Made by a program: the position numbers and the translations under genes. The notes beneath the pieces were generated by a model. It saw only the letters and a list, made by a program, of their open reading frames with translations. It was not told the origin of the DNA and made no database searches. DNA of 64,000 nucleotides, taken from positions 1-64,000 of the IMG/VR virus record IMGVR_UViG_3300025030_000041. The stretch is one strand, 5' to 3'. Positions 50,126 through 60,200 of this stretch are shown piece after piece (the stretch's first letter is position 1; each line of letters begins with the position of its first letter).

Positions 50126-50677
50126 ATGATTGATTACAAAATAATATCAGATTCAATTAATTACTATGAAAGTAAAGGGTTTATTAGGATTGAAACCCCT
50201 TGGACTGTTTCAGAGTATATTGATAATTTAACTAAGCCAAAAGACATGTTATCTTTTCAATTAAAACATAACAGTAAGTGCTTAGTAGCTTCTGGCGAAC
50301 AGAGTTTTTTATACCTATATTTAAAAGACTTCTTACCAAAGGGACAATTTCAAACAACAACACCATGTTTTAGATTTGAAAGTTTTGACTATTCACACAC
50401 TAAGTATTTTATTAAAAATGAACTAATAAAAACCGATGTTGTAAATAATGCTGAACTTGATAAAGTAGTAGAATATTGTTTTAATTTTTTGAAAGGATGT
50501 ATACCTGAAATAGAAATAATTCAAACTAGCATAGGGTTTGATATTGAGTATAAAGGTAATGAATTAGGTTCATACGGAATAAGAGAAAATGAGTTTTTGA
50601 AATGGATATATGCAACTGGTTGTGCTGAACCAAGATTGAGTAAAATAATTAATTTGTATAAAAATGGGTTATCATAA
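50126..50677 (+). CDS. Stand-alone class II aminoacyl-tRNA-synthetase-like catalytic domain
   Basis: ASGEQSF, motif 2 PCFRFE, ELGSYG, motif 3 ATGCAEPRL; only 183 aa. Confidence 0.7.
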   Translation: MIDYKIISDSINYYESKGFIRIETPWTVSEYIDNLTKPKDMLSFQLKHNSKCLVASGEQSFLYLYLKDFLPKGQFQTTTPCFRFESFDYSHTKYFIKNELIKTDVVNNAELDKVVEYCFNFLKGCIPEIEIIQTSIGFDIEYKGNELGSYGIRENEFLKWIYATGCAEPRLSKIINLYKNGLS

Positions 50678-50909
50678 AAGAAAAATAACAAAAGGAGTTT
50701 TAGGTGAGTATTCTAAAATACAAGAAGAAATGGAAGAACTAAAAGATGCGGTTGAATAAGAAGATAAAGTTCTTCAAATATGCGAATTGACCGATTTAAT
50801 TGGGGCTATTGAAAGTTTTTCTGAACTAAAATTTGGATTAAATTTAGAGGATTTGAAGAAATTTTCTGATAAAACAAAATCCGCATTTAAAGAAAAAAAG
50901 AGAGGGTAG
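50664..50909 (+). pseudogene. MazG-like NTP pyrophosphatase interrupted by an in-frame TAA
   Basis: MGYHKRKITKGVLGEYSKIQEEMEELKDAVE*EDKVLQICELTDLIGAIE...; TAA at 50757-50759. Confidence 0.65.
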
Positions 50910-51163
50910 AAAAAAAAAAGAAAAAGATTCACAGGCAGGAACTCTATTTGGGAACGAAATGTAGCACTTGTTTATAATGGCTGACGATATGTTTAAACTA
51001 TAATAAAATCAGTATTATGAACGAAAAAATTATAAAGATTTGTAAACAAAACTTATATACACTATGATTTACACCTTTTTTATGAAGCGCTAATTAAATT
51101 TAAAATAATGAAACAAATATTATTTTTTTTAATATAATAATTTTTAAAATTATTCAAATGTAG

Positions 51164-51850
51164 TTGTCATCTATTTTCATAGGCATTGATTATTCAATAA
51201 AAAACTCTTCTTTTTGCTGCACTGACTTTACTACTTTTAAGTGGGGTTCAATAGTATCTGATTATAAATTCACAAAAAATAAAACTAGATTATTAGAAGA
51301 GTTAGATTCATTATCTGATACTTCTATAAAAATATGTGAGGAAACTAAGCCTCACTTTGTTACATATTCAGCTGAACAAAGGTTTAAATTAGATAGATAT
51401 TCAAAGAATATTACACATTTTATAAATTTAATTAAATCTAATTTAAATGGTAAACTTCCTATTGTAGCAATTGAAGGAATTTCATTTGCGTCTAAAGGTA
51501 ATATTTTAATTGATTTATCTATTTCTACTGGTATTTTGCGGTATAAAGTCTTGACTGAATTATTAAATAATGATTCATCAAGACTTTTTATTTTTTCACC
51601 AGGTGAAATGAAAAATGCTATGACATGCAAAGGTAATGCTGATAAATTTGCAATTTTTAATAAATTTAAAGTTGACCCAGAATTAGATACTGTAAAAAAG
51701 TCAGAGCTTTATAAATTTATTATAGAAAATGAAGACCGAATTAATAATGGTAAATTAATAGAAAGCCCAATAAATGACTTAATTGACTCATATTTAGGAG
51801 TATTGACTCTTTTTAAGAGCATTAAAAATAATATAAAAAATAATGGTTAA
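51164..51850 (+). CDS. RuvC-like Holliday junction resolvase
   Basis: IGIDYS, VAIEG, KGNADK, DLIDSY. Confidence 0.8.
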   Translation: MSSIFIGIDYSIKNSSFCCTDFTTFKWGSIVSDYKFTKNKTRLLEELDSLSDTSIKICEETKPHFVTYSAEQRFKLDRYSKNITHFINLIKSNLNGKLPIVAIEGISFASKGNILIDLSISTGILRYKVLTELLNNDSSRLFIFSPGEMKNAMTCKGNADKFAIFNKFKVDPELDTVKKSELYKFIIENEDRINNGKLIESPINDLIDSYLGVLTLFKSIKNNIKNNG

Positions 51851-52253
51851 AAGAAAACGGCTAGTTAAAACTGATAAATATTATATTTCAAATAAAGAAT
51901 TTAGCGATGAGATTATTTTATGTAAAGAGAAAAATGAATTGACACCTGCTGCTGTTAATTTTTTTATAAAATTAGCAAATCGTACAATACGAACAAAAAG
52001 GCTTCATCATAAAAATCAAGAAGATATGGAAGATTGTATACAAACTGCTCTTGAAAATTGTTTAAAGTATTGGAGAAATTTTGATCCAACTGTTTCTCAA
52101 TATGGGCCTAATGCTTTTTCATATTTTACAACTGTTGTAAATAATGCATTTGCTTTATCATATAATAAAATGTATAAACTAAAGGGATCAGACGGTCCAG
52201 TTAAGCATATCTCACTAAATTTATCAGGTGATGATGAAATATACTCAATTTAA
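51843..52253 (+). CDS. 55: Late-transcription sigma factor (gp55-like)
   Basis: YISNKEF, EDCIQ..LENCLKYWRNFDP, NAFSYFT. Confidence 0.85.
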   Translation: MVKRKRLVKTDKYYISNKEFSDEIILCKEKNELTPAAVNFFIKLANRTIRTKRLHHKNQEDMEDCIQTALENCLKYWRNFDPTVSQYGPNAFSYFTTVVNNAFALSYNKMYKLKGSDGPVKHISLNLSGDDEIYSI

Positions 52254-52264
52254 AAATTTGAATA

Positions 52265-52804
52265 ATGAGAAATATTAAAGACTTAAAGCCAAATAAAAAT
52301 GGTAGATTTAATCAAGGATTTTTTAATCCAGTAAATAAAGAAAAATATAGTGGGGACTTGTCTAGCCTCCCGATATATAGGTCATCCTGGGAATATAAGT
52401 TTATGCATTTTTGTGATATGAATCCTAATATTGTAAAATGGAGTAGTGAAAAAATTGCAATACCTTATATTTCGCCTATAGATATAATAAAAGAAAATTT
52501 AACTCCAACATACAAAGATATTAAATACCGAAATTATTATGTAGACTTTATAATAAAAGTAAAAACTCCAAATGATACCAATGTTACATGGTTAGTTGAA
52601 ATAAAACCTCTTAAACAAACTAAAAAACCTGAAAATATAAAAGGAAATACTACTACCAAAAAAATCAATAATTATAATAAAGATATGATTACATATTTAG
52701 TAAACAAAGCTAAATTTGAAGCTGCTCTTAAATACGCTAAATCAAAAAATATGAAATTTGGAGTTTTAACAGAAGATAAAACGGGTAATTTCACAATAGG
52801 ATAA
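52265..52804 (+). CDS. 4: Head completion nuclease (gp4-like)
   Basis: YRSSWE, WSSE, YYVDF, VEIKP, NKAKFEAA. Confidence 0.88.
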   Translation: MRNIKDLKPNKNGRFNQGFFNPVNKEKYSGDLSSLPIYRSSWEYKFMHFCDMNPNIVKWSSEKIAIPYISPIDIIKENLTPTYKDIKYRNYYVDFIIKVKTPNDTNVTWLVEIKPLKQTKKPENIKGNTTTKKINNYNKDMITYLVNKAKFEAALKYAKSKNMKFGVLTEDKTGNFTIG

Positions 52805-53418
52805 TGGAAAGATTTGATGATTTTTTTAAAGAGTTTATAGATGCGTCAGGATCCATTGGAGCGGCAAAAAACGAATCTGAAAAAATATATAACGAAAAAT
52901 ACGTAAATAACGGAAAAAACTATATAAAAACTTTACCTTCTAAACTTATAAGTAACATGTTTTATACTTTTTATTATAATGAAAAAATTGATTCAATAGC
53001 CCTTGCTCAAACTGAAAACAAGTATATAGACAAAAGACCAATTATATTAAGTTTAGGAAAAGACCAATCAGGTAAAGAGATAGGATTAAACTTTAATGTT
53101 ATTCCATATCCTCTTAAACTAAAATTATTAACAATATACTGGAAAACTATGTATAAAGGATATATTTCATATAATATAGACGAAGAATTATCTAACTGGA
53201 AAATTGTACCTATAAATAAAAAAACAATTTTAGATTTATTTAATATTAATTTAGGACCTGCTATAAACTCATATGATAAAAAGAAAATGGTTAAACTTAA
53301 AATATTAGAATGGGAAGATTTAACTATATTACCGCTATTATATACTAAAAGTATAGTCACACATAAAAACATTGGAATTAACCAAATTTATGACATGATT
53401 TTAAAGAATGCCAGTTAA
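52804..53418 (+). CDS. 2: DNA end protector (gp2-like)
   Basis: FYTFYY, DKRPII, GLNFNVIP; follows gp4. Confidence 0.6.
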   Translation: MERFDDFFKEFIDASGSIGAAKNESEKIYNEKYVNNGKNYIKTLPSKLISNMFYTFYYNEKIDSIALAQTENKYIDKRPIILSLGKDQSGKEIGLNFNVIPYPLKLKLLTIYWKTMYKGYISYNIDEELSNWKIVPINKKTILDLFNINLGPAINSYDKKKMVKLKILEWEDLTILPLLYTKSIVTHKNIGINQIYDMILKNAS

Positions 53419-54473
53419 TGAAAAATCCAAAAAAACTAGTAGAACTAGGAATATCCCACTACCATACTGGAAATTATAAAGAAGCTTTAAATTTTTATAA
53501 AAAAGCAATACCCTATCTATACTATAATGATTTAGGAATACTATATTATAACATGGGACTTTGCTATTTATCATTATATTCTTATGATAATGCAGAACGC
53601 TTATTTAAAAAATCTTTTTATGAATATGACTATAAATCGTCTGGATATGAACTTGCCTTGTCTTATTTGTTTAATAATAAATTAAATGAAGGTTTATCAT
53701 TATACCAGTATAGATATTACGGAGATAGATTTAAATTTCCAAGATTACCGATTACCCAATTTACAAATATTGAACAACTAAAAAATAAAAACGTTTTAGT
53801 ATTAAATGAACAAGGATTTGGTGATGAAATATTATTTTCTAGAGTATTACCAACATTAGATACAATAGTAAATAACTGTCATTATCAGATTTATCCAGAA
53901 ATGTTTACATTATTTCAAAATAATTTTAAATTAAATAATATAACTCTTTTTCAAGAACGACAATTTGATTTAAAATTTATTCAACAGTTTGATGGATGGA
54001 TAGCATCAGGAGATCTTTTTAGCTCATATACATTAAACTATGGTACACGACATTATACTTTTAATAATACAACAAACAAGTCTAATATTAAAAAGATAGG
54101 TATTGTTTGGAAAACTAATGCAATATCTCCTAATTCAAATTTAAGGTCAATCTCTTTAGAAAAAATAAAAAAACAATTATCATTTAATACTATAGAATAT
54201 CATAATCTACAAAAAGATGAAAATATAGATTGGATGATTAAACATACGATTAATAATTTTCAAGATACAACATCTATAATAAATGAAATGGATTTAATAA
54301 TATCAGTTGATACCTCTACTGTACATTTAAGTGCAAGTATGAATAAACCTACACTTTTAATATACGATACATATTTAGATTGGAGATGGAAATATAATTT
54401 TTATTCTACAATTACTCCAGTTCAAATTGATAATTTAATAAATGAAATAAATAAAATAATAAAAAATAATTAA
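53418..54473 (+). CDS. TPR-repeat glycosyltransferase (GT9-like)
   Basis: N-terminal TPRs; EQGFGDEILF, GIVW, DLIISVDTSTVHLSA, DWRW. Confidence 0.85.
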   Translation: MKNPKKLVELGISHYHTGNYKEALNFYKKAIPYLYYNDLGILYYNMGLCYLSLYSYDNAERLFKKSFYEYDYKSSGYELALSYLFNNKLNEGLSLYQYRYYGDRFKFPRLPITQFTNIEQLKNKNVLVLNEQGFGDEILFSRVLPTLDTIVNNCHYQIYPEMFTLFQNNFKLNNITLFQERQFDLKFIQQFDGWIASGDLFSSYTLNYGTRHYTFNNTTNKSNIKKIGIVWKTNAISPNSNLRSISLEKIKKQLSFNTIEYHNLQKDENIDWMIKHTINNFQDTTSIINEMDLIISVDTSTVHLSASMNKPTLLIYDTYLDWRWKYNFYSTITPVQIDNLINEINKIIKNN

Positions 54474-54474
54474 C

Positions 54475-56304
54475 ATGGCAGGATTCTTTGATTCGTTTAG
54501 CAGTACATCCTTTGGCAATGCATTAGATAAATTATCTAGATTTGGAATGAAATATGACGACCTTCTACTAACTAATTCAAAATCAATTGGTTACATACAG
54601 GGAGAATTAAAGGCCAAGATGTCAGGTCAGTATGTTGGTAATGATTTATTGAAGTATACTTTGGCATTAAGTGATACGACTAGTGCTTTAAAGAATAAGG
54701 CTATTGCATTTTTTCAATTAGATTATAAGAGTAGAATAGAAAGATTAAGAGAGGTTGCATCAAATTCTGAGATTGAGTTTGCGATAGAGACTATTGCTAA
54801 TGATTTAGTTGTATATGATGATAATAATAGGTTTTGTTATCCAATCGATTTAACAGGTGGATTTGATGAAAAATTGGATAAAGGAGAAAAACCTAAAACT
54901 CATAAGGTTGGTAAAGAGAAAGAAATAGATAAAAAGAAAATTAAATTTTCTGATAAAGTATTAGAAGGATATGAGAGGGCATTTGATAAAATATATAATG
55001 CATGGGGATTTAATATTGGCGACAGCGCATGGATGTATGCGTATCAATATTTAATAGATGGTTTTTTAACATTTGAGATAATTTATGATAATCCGTCTAA
55101 TCCAAAGGAGATAATTGGATTTAAAGAAATTGATCCTAGTACAGTATCACCGAGAGTAGAGAAGGGGTCTAATGGAAAACTACATTTAGAGTGGATACAG
55201 TTAGACAAATCAACAGGAAAACAGATAATATTAAAAGATAGTCAAATTATATATATATCATTTTCTAATGCATTTAAAACTAGAAGAATTAGTTATGTTG
55301 AACGGCTAATTAGATCTTTCAATTTAGTTAGGGTAGTAGAAAATAGTAAAATTATTTGGCATACGATGAATGCCCCAATACGATTAAAAACTACTGTTCC
55401 TATTGGAAGTAAGTCAATTCAAAAAGCGTGGCAAGATGTTGTTGAATACAAAAATTTATATAAAGAAGATATTTTCTTTAATCAAGATAGCGGAGAAGTT
55501 ACAGTAGACGGAGAGGCTAAACTTTTATATTATAAAAACTATGTAATACCTCAAAATGATCAAGGGCAGAATATTAATATAGAAGCTTTAGAATATCCTG
55601 GACCAAATTTAAGTGATTCTCAGTTATTAAATTATTTTAGTAATAAATTAAAAATGGATACTAAAATACCGTTTAGCCGATTTGATTCTAAAAGCGGTAT
55701 GGGAGAATGGAAAATTGGAGCTGATGGCATTAGTCGAGATGAAATACGGTATGGCAAATTTATAAGAAGGCTTAGGACAGTATTTCAAGAGATAATACTA
55801 AAGCCTGTATATTTACAGATGTGCATTGATATACCCGCTTTACAAAATGATGCTGAATTTAAAAATAGTATAGGCGTTAGATTTAATAATGATAACTTAT
55901 TTGAAGAAATGAAAGACGCTGAAGTAAATAAATTAAGAGTTGCTACAGTTAATGATTTATCGGCTGTTAAAAATGATATTGGCCAGCCATATTTTTCAAC
56001 AGAATATTTATTAAGAAAATTTGGTAAGCTAACTGATGATGATATAAAACAAAATGATGCATATAAACGACGTTTTTTAAGGCCTGATGAAGAACTAAAA
56101 GGTTCTGAAGAATTAGGCGGAGAATTTGGCGGCGGATTTCCAGAAACTACAGCTGGAGGAGAAGGCCTAGCTGGGCCTGATTTAGGAGGAGAGCCTACTC
56201 CAACTGGAACAGCTGAGGTATCAGCTCCTGGAACAGAAACTGCTGGAGCGGGTGGTGGATCTGAAACAGCTGAAGCTGGATCTGAAACAACCGGAGCTTT
56301 TTAA
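54475..56304 (+). CDS. 20: Portal protein (gp20-like)
   Basis: EIEFAIETI, YLIDG, ISYVERL, KIPFSRF, RDEIRYGKFIRRLR..F; acidic Gly-rich tail. Confidence 0.9.
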   Translation: MAGFFDSFSSTSFGNALDKLSRFGMKYDDLLLTNSKSIGYIQGELKAKMSGQYVGNDLLKYTLALSDTTSALKNKAIAFFQLDYKSRIERLREVASNSEIEFAIETIANDLVVYDDNNRFCYPIDLTGGFDEKLDKGEKPKTHKVGKEKEIDKKKIKFSDKVLEGYERAFDKIYNAWGFNIGDSAWMYAYQYLIDGFLTFEIIYDNPSNPKEIIGFKEIDPSTVSPRVEKGSNGKLHLEWIQLDKSTGKQIILKDSQIIYISFSNAFKTRRISYVERLIRSFNLVRVVENSKIIWHTMNAPIRLKTTVPIGSKSIQKAWQDVVEYKNLYKEDIFFNQDSGEVTVDGEAKLLYYKNYVIPQNDQGQNINIEALEYPGPNLSDSQLLNYFSNKLKMDTKIPFSRFDSKSGMGEWKIGADGISRDEIRYGKFIRRLRTVFQEIILKPVYLQMCIDIPALQNDAEFKNSIGVRFNNDNLFEEMKDAEVNKLRVATVNDLSAVKNDIGQPYFSTEYLLRKFGKLTDDDIKQNDAYKRRFLRPDEELKGSEELGGEFGGGFPETTAGGEGLAGPDLGGEPTPTGTAEVSAPGTETAGAGGGSETAEAGSETTGAF

Positions 56305-56350
56305 TTAATTATTTTTAAAACATTAATCTTATTATCTACTATAAGAGTAA

Positions 56351-57523
56351 ATGGATATTAATTTTGTTAAAGTAATAACTAAGGAAATTTTAAAGAGAAA
56401 ATTTCCTAATGACTCTAAAAAACAGCAATTAGACGAAGCAACCTCACATAAAAGAATTGACATAGCGTGTCCAATTTGTGGAGATTCTAAAAATAATTCA
56501 ACTAAAAAACGAGGAAATATTTATATTAAAAGTAAAACATATAAATGTTGGAATTGTGGGCATTTTAGTTCTCTTAATAAATTTTTATTAAATACTTCCA
56601 AAAAATTAAGCATAAATTTATCTTCATATTTTTCATTAGATCAAATTAATACATTTATATCTGAGGCCGATGAAGAAATTAAGTCTGAGTCTGATAACTT
56701 TTTTAAAGAAACTGATTTTTATTCTAGTGATAATCCAGTAATTCGGCAACTACAAAATAAAAAAATATTTGAAAGACTTTTTACTATAGATGATTTTAAA
56801 GCAAAATTAAATTTAATTTCACTTATTGAATTAAATAAAGAAAGTAAAGCTTATAAATTTTTGGAATCTAGGTGCCTTACTGAAATACCCATTGAATTTA
56901 CCTCTAATTTTATATACGCCGATTCCAGTGATTCAAAAATATACTCATTTAATATTGATATTAACACTAAAAAAGTTATTGGAGTAACAATTAGGCCAAT
57001 TACATATAAGAAATATATAATATGTAATTATGATAAAATAATAGAAGATTGGTTTAAGGAATCAAAGGATTTATTTAATGAAGATGAGTTAGTATTAATT
57101 GGTAATATAAATCAATATTGGAATATTTTAAATGTTAATTTTAAAGAAAGGGTATATGTAGCAGAAGGGACATTTGATTATCCGTTCGTATATAACTCAT
57201 TATGTATAACTGGAGTAAATAAGGGGCATGAATTATTAAATAAAATAAGTAATTATTATTTATTATTAGATAATGATAAAGAAGGTATTTTAGCTAGTAT
57301 AGAATATCTTAAAAATGGGAAACATGTTTTTTTATGGAAAAAACTACTGTCTAAATATAAAAATGTTTCTAGCCCTACTGCTAAATTAGAATTAAATAAA
57401 ATAAAAGATATTAATGATGCATTTAAATGGTTATTTAAATGGAATAAAACAAATTACGTAGAATTTAATAAAATTATACAGGAGTTTTTCAGTAATAATA
57501 AATTTGACTTATTATTTTTATAA
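56351..57523 (+). CDS. 61: DNA primase (gp61-like)
   Basis: CPICGDS...KKRG...YKCWNC; TOPRIM EGTFD, DND, KDIND. Confidence 0.9.
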   Translation: MDINFVKVITKEILKRKFPNDSKKQQLDEATSHKRIDIACPICGDSKNNSTKKRGNIYIKSKTYKCWNCGHFSSLNKFLLNTSKKLSINLSSYFSLDQINTFISEADEEIKSESDNFFKETDFYSSDNPVIRQLQNKKIFERLFTIDDFKAKLNLISLIELNKESKAYKFLESRCLTEIPIEFTSNFIYADSSDSKIYSFNIDINTKKVIGVTIRPITYKKYIICNYDKIIEDWFKESKDLFNEDELVLIGNINQYWNILNVNFKERVYVAEGTFDYPFVYNSLCITGVNKGHELLNKISNYYLLLDNDKEGILASIEYLKNGKHVFLWKKLLSKYKNVSSPTAKLELNKIKDINDAFKWLFKWNKTNYVEFNKIIQEFFSNNKFDLLFL

Positions 57524-57543
57524 AAATAAGATAAACCGTTTAA

Positions 57544-58014
57544 ATGTCAGTACGTATTTATAATTGTAGATATTGTTCTTTAAAAAATTGTGATATTAAA
57601 AATAAATTAAAATCATATAAAATAAAAGAGCAAGTTTCATATAAATGTAAAGATGTTAAATCTAAATATGAAGTCGGAGATGTTGTACAATTTAATTATG
57701 GGTATTATGAAAGTACTTTTAAATTTAATATACAAGAAGACGACGACATTACTCTTACTGGAGAAATAATTGGGGATTTCAAGAAAAAAATGTATTTACT
57801 TAAAATATCATTAGCTGAATATAATAAAATTAAACACATTTATTATATAAAAGGTAAGTGTAACGCATACCACGAAACTATTTTTAATAAAGATGGCAGT
57901 GTTGAAATTATTGAAACTTCATTTTTTCAAATACCAGTTAAAGAATCAAATTTTATAAGCGTTAGTACAGCTAAGCGCAAATTAAATACTCTAATAAATA
58001 AAATTGATGAATGA
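57544..58014 (+). CDS. Hypothetical protein
   Basis: ORF track. Confidence 0.6.
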   Translation: MSVRIYNCRYCSLKNCDIKNKLKSYKIKEQVSYKCKDVKSKYEVGDVVQFNYGYYESTFKFNIQEDDDITLTGEIIGDFKKKMYLLKISLAEYNKIKHIYYIKGKCNAYHETIFNKDGSVEIIETSFFQIPVKESNFISVSTAKRKLNTLINKIDE

Positions 58015-58145
58015 TGTTAAAATAACAGAAATATTAGAGGAACTATCTGAATTAAAATCTAAATTAAAAATATCAGAAGACCTAGGCTTTAAAATAAAAA
58101 TTGATGATAACTTAAATTTATTAAATAATTTTAAAATACAAAAAG

Positions 58146-58601
58146 ATGGAAGACGAAGTAAAAAATAATAAAGACTCACTAGAAAATAAATTAAAGAAGA
58201 AACATAAAGAAATAAATGAAGAAATTAATATTAATATATCATCATTAAAAGATATTAAGAACTTAGTTAATATACAAATTAATCTATTATCACTTAGACA
58301 ACGCTTAATAGAAGAAAACCATGAATTATATGACATATATAATTTATTACAAAAGAAATTTAGAGAAGAGAAACAAAAAGAATTTAAAAAATTAGGAGAG
58401 TCTTTTCAATATAGGTATCAGCAAAATGAAAAAAATGCAATTATAGAAGGAACTCATTCTGAACTTAAACATAAATTAGATTTATTTGAAAATCAAATAA
58501 ATTTTTATGAAGGAACTATAAAAACTCTAGACTCAGCGTTATTTGGACTAAAAATGAGATTAGATATTGAATCAATGTTTGGGGCCGTTCCTGGAAGATA
58601 G
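58146..58601 (+). CDS. UvsY-like recombination mediator
   Basis: All-helical 151 aa upstream of UvsW; IKTLDSALFGLKMRLDI tail. Confidence 0.55.
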   Translation: MEDEVKNNKDSLENKLKKKHKEINEEININISSLKDIKNLVNIQINLLSLRQRLIEENHELYDIYNLLQKKFREEKQKEFKKLGESFQYRYQQNEKNAIIEGTHSELKHKLDLFENQINFYEGTIKTLDSALFGLKMRLDIESMFGAVPGR

Positions 58602-58655
58602 TCATTAAGTATATACCTTATAACAACTACTCAAATAATACCTATATAAAAATAA

Positions 58656-60198
58656 ATGATAAAACTTAGAGTTTCAGATTGTAAGTCATACTTACAATTA
58701 ATACATTACGAGTTTAAACAAGAGCTAAACGCTTTTAAACTTCATTTTAAAAAGAGAGCCCCAGGATATTTTTTCGACTGGCGGTTCAAAAAAAAAAATA
58801 TGGGACGGCTATGACAATTTTTATGAAGATGGAAAAGTGTCTATTGGTTTTTGGGCTGAAGTAATTCGTTTTTCAGAATCTAATAATATAGAAGTACAAA
58901 TAGAAGGTTTAGAAGATATATTCGATAATAACGTTATTGAAGATGATATTAATAAGTTTAGTGATGTATTTTTTAAAAATTCTAAAATAAACCCGTCAGA
59001 TAGGCCATACCAAATTCAAGCAGCATATAAAATGCTTAAATATAAGTATTGTATAGGAGAGCTTGCAACGTCTGCTGGAAAAACTTTAATTGCATTTATA
59101 ATATATGCATACTTACATCATAAAAGAGAAATAACAAAAGATAAAAAACTATTAATAATAGTACCCAATAAAACTTTAATTGGCCAAATTGAAAATGAGT
59201 GGATAGAATATAATAATGAAATTTTGCCATTAAATGTAGTAAAAATTGGAGGCGGCCATAAAAAGCCAAGTCAAGATGAATTAGATAATTCAAATATTAT
59301 AATAGCGACATATCAAACCCTTATTAATTTAGAAGAAGGTTTTTATGAAAAAATTAATAATATTATAATTGATGAATGCCATAGAAGTAAATCAGATAGT
59401 ATTCCTAAAATATTAGAAAAGATTAAATCTCCTAATATACTGTTAGGTTTATCCGGAACAGTCGATTTAAAAACAGATGATTCTACATATTTTAAAATAC
59501 AAAAAACAATTGGACCAATTGTATATATAGTTAAAACTGATTATTTAATACAGCAAAAAATAAGTCCAAATGTTAATATACATCAAATGTTTCTCGAGTA
59601 CGACAAAACTGATCCGGTAATTGCTAATTATTTAAATATAAAAGATAATGGACATACTATGTTCAAAGATAAAAACAAATTTGGTCAATTTTTATATAAA
59701 ACTGAGAAAGACTTAGTAATACAGAATGACAGTAGATTTAAATGGGTAACTGATTTCTTAAAAAAGACAACTAAAAATACATTAGTATTATTTAGTAATA
59801 TTAAGGATGGTTATGGATTACAAATTAAAGATGAATTAATAAAACATAAAACGTGCAGATATATTGACGGCTCAGTTTCAAAAGATGATAGAGATTTATA
59901 TATAAAAGAAATGGAGAACGGAGATAATATAGTTATTGTTGCAAGTTTTCCAACGTTTTCTACTGGTATTAATATTAAAAATTTATTTAATATAATTTTC
60001 GCGGAATCTTATAAAAGTGAAGTACTAATTCGTCAAAGCATAGGTAGAGGACTTAGAAATTACACAGGAAAAACTGAAATTAAAATTATTGATATAATAG
60101 ATGATTTAGACGGATATTCAAATAAGCATTCTAAAGAAAGAGAAAAAATTTATAAAGAACAAAATTTCAAAATTTTTAAACATAAAATAAAACTATAA
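58656..60198 (+). CDS. uvsW: UvsW SF2 helicase with an apparent +1 frameshift at an A11 run
   Basis: RPYQ, ATSAGKT, DECH, GLSGT, QSIGRGLR; the N-terminal 44 codons from ATG 58656 join the WDG frame only if one A is removed. Confidence 0.88.
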
Positions 60199-60200
60199 CT

